Made by a program: the position numbers and the translations under genes. Below the pieces are notes generated by a model. The model was not told the DNA's origin, searched no databases, and saw only the letters and a program-made list of their open reading frames with translations. A DNA stretch of 54,184 nucleotides from Minisyncoccia bacterium. Its GTDB lineage: Bacteria > Patescibacteriota > Minisyncoccia > UBA6257. The stretch is taken from assembly GCA_049699995.1 (NCBI GenBank), contig JBNAWD010000038.1:1-54184 (forward strand), in the 5' to 3' direction. Positions 53,099-54,184 of the stretch are shown piece by piece; position 1 is the stretch's first letter; each line of letters starts with the position of its first letter.

Positions 53099-53377
53099 AT
53101 GTGTGAGTGGCTAGCCAAAAAATGCTACTATTGTAAATTCTCGGAATATGAAAAAGATAGATTGAAGTCTCTTATTTATCTTTACAGGGATCAAGAAAGC
53201 AATAAACCAGTGGTATATTACAAGAAAATTTCAAACTTCGAACTTTGCAAAATCTTAAATTCCTTTCTTAGCAGAGATGACGGTAATCAGAAAGATTGTT
53301 TTCTTTTAGAAATATTGATGAACATTCTAGGGATCAAAAATTCCTTAGAATGTGTTCCAGTCCATAGAAAGATTTAG
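53099..53377 (+). CDS. 92-aa hypothetical protein with N-terminal C-x6-C-x2-C
   Basis: A strong SD (AAAGGAGG) ends 10 nt before the ATG, and the stop runs into a GC-rich terminator. I recognise no family. Confidence 0.6.
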   Translation: MCEWLAKKCYYCKFSEYEKDRLKSLIYLYRDQESNKPVVYYKKISNFELCKILNSFLSRDDGNQKDCFLLEILMNILGIKNSLECVPVHRKI

Positions 53378-53399
53378 GGGGCGAGGCGCCCCCTTTTTT
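53377..53399 (+). terminator. Rho-independent terminator (GGGGGCG-AGG-CGCCCCC-TTTTTT)
   Basis: A 7-bp GC stem overlaps the TAG stop and is followed by T6. Confidence 0.8.
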
Positions 53400-53401
53400 A
53401 T

Positions 53402-53430
53402 TTGATTTATTTTTTAAAATTTTGTATTAT
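53402..53430 (+). promoter_or_regulatory. Candidate promoter (TTGATT-17-TATTAT) for the thioredoxin-like gene
   Basis: TTGATT lies at 53402-53407 and TATTAT at 53425-53430, with TG immediately upstream of the -10 box. Confidence 0.4.
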
Positions 53431-53482
53431 AAAACAATTAAAAGGTCAAAAAAATAATTTCAAAAAATAAACTTTTAAAAAA

Positions 53483-54184
53483 ATGGCGAAAACAAAAAAC
53501 AGCAATAGCCAAAATTATCTTTTATATTTTATTGCAATCCTTTGTTTAGGATTTTTTATTTATTGGGGATTTAAAAACCCAAATAAATCTGTTCAACCTT
53601 CCCCTCAAACAGCTACCGTGAAACAAGCCTTAGAATTTATTGAAAAAAATTTAGTTGGCCAAAAAACTGAATTAAAACAAGTCAATGAGGAAAGCGGCGT
53701 TTATAAATTGATTTTAAAAATCCAAAACGAAGAAGCGCCGGTTTATTTATCAAAAGACGGGAAATTACTTTTCCTTCAATCAATTAACTTAGAAGAAACA
53801 AATAAGGAAATTTCCTCTCAAACATCGCCCAAGGTTTCAAAATGCGAAGATGTTAAAAAAGAAAATCAACCCGTATTAGAAGCTTTTATTGTAAGTCAAT
53901 GTCCTTTTGGACTTCAGATGCAAAGAATTTTAAATGAATTAAGAAAAAATATTCCTCAATTAGAACCTTATGTTATTGTTCGCTATATTGGAGAAATTAG
54001 AGATAATAAAATTACCTCTATGCATGGTGATGAAGAAGCCCAGGAGAATTTAAGACAAATTTGTATCCGAGAAGAACAAAAAGACAAATATTGGCCTTAT
54101 GTTGATTGCTACATTCAAGAAGGAAAAACAAAAGAATGCTTAAAATCAGCGCAAATTGATGAACATAAATTAAACGAATGTTTG
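53483..54184 (+). CDS. Membrane-anchored thioredoxin-fold/GILT-like thiol-disulfide protein (tentative), 3' end outside the window
   Basis: The frame from the ATG at 53483 is open to the window end (234 codons). It has a TM anchor (YLLYFIAILCLGFFIYW). The motif FIVSQCPFGLQ resembles the active-site region of DsbA/GILT-like proteins but has only one Cys of the CxxC pair. It is absent from the ORF track because no stop lies in the window. Confidence 0.4.
   Translation, partial: MAKTKNSNSQNYLLYFIAILCLGFFIYWGFKNPNKSVQPSPQTATVKQALEFIEKNLVGQKTELKQVNEESGVYKLILKIQNEEAPVYLSKDGKLLFLQSINLEETNKEISSQTSPKVSKCEDVKKENQPVLEAFIVSQCPFGLQMQRILNELRKNIPQLEPYVIVRYIGEIRDNKITSMHGDEEAQENLRQICIREEQKDKYWPYVDCYIQEGKTKECLKSAQIDEHKLNECL

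Noticed and set aside
1-54184. An alternative genetic code (UGA read as Gly or Trp, as in some CPR lineages).
   Set aside because: Housekeeping genes are full length under the standard bacterial code. TGA serves as the stop in the ATGA overlaps (pta/acpS and the two comEC ORFs) and at the end of the annotated htpX ORF (43354). The two broken genes are not repaired by reading through TGA.

Overview
The window is a very AT-rich, densely packed bacterial chromosome segment with about 50 genes, mostly on the minus strand. Many genes are joined by gaps of 10 nt or less or by ATGA start/stop overlaps. Its features fit a reduced-genome Patescibacteria/CPR-like organism, which is an inference, not a database result. 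Those features are an ackA-pta fermentation pair, a membrane pyrophosphatase, a split ComEC, a ThrRS without a TGS domain, rplK not followed by rplA, and many signal-anchored orphan proteins with peptidoglycan-binding or Cys-rich modules.

Core content:
- A MacAB-type ABC efflux operon sits behind an ECF sigma factor.
- The metabolic and enzyme genes are ackA, pta and acpS, an ACP/DUF35/thiolase trio, a SpeH-like gene, a nitroreductase and a YvcK-family gene.
- The translation genes are a CsaA-like tRNA-binding protein, ileS, leuS, thrS, cysS, miaA and gatB.
- The replication and repair genes are comEC (in two ORFs), dnaE, rnhB, dnaB and recR.
- The window also holds secE-nusG-rplK, lemA-htpX, hppA and groES-groEL.

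Non-core highlights:
1. An IS200-like HUH/Y1 (RAYT-like) transposase gene is bracketed by two copies of a perfect 42-nt nested palindrome.
2. An ACP + AcpS + DUF35 + SCP-x-type thiolase cluster has no other fatty-acid synthesis genes in view.
3. A second ECF sigma/DUF5667-like pair heads a compositionally aberrant S/T-rich surface protein.
4. Three consecutive secreted orphan genes include a 30-Cys modular protein.
5. Two genes (htpX and a secreted repeat protein) are each broken by a frameshift that one extra A in an A-run would repair.
6. A small islet next to groESL has two divergent orphan genes. One is a 60-aa hyper-acidic protein. The other is a 92-aa Cys protein behind a roughly 250-nt leader whose hairpin loop copies the anti-Shine-Dalgarno sequence.
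7. A GGTCGAG + A-rich leader motif recurs upstream of several genes that lack a Shine-Dalgarno sequence.

I found no rRNA, tRNA or CRISPR array.
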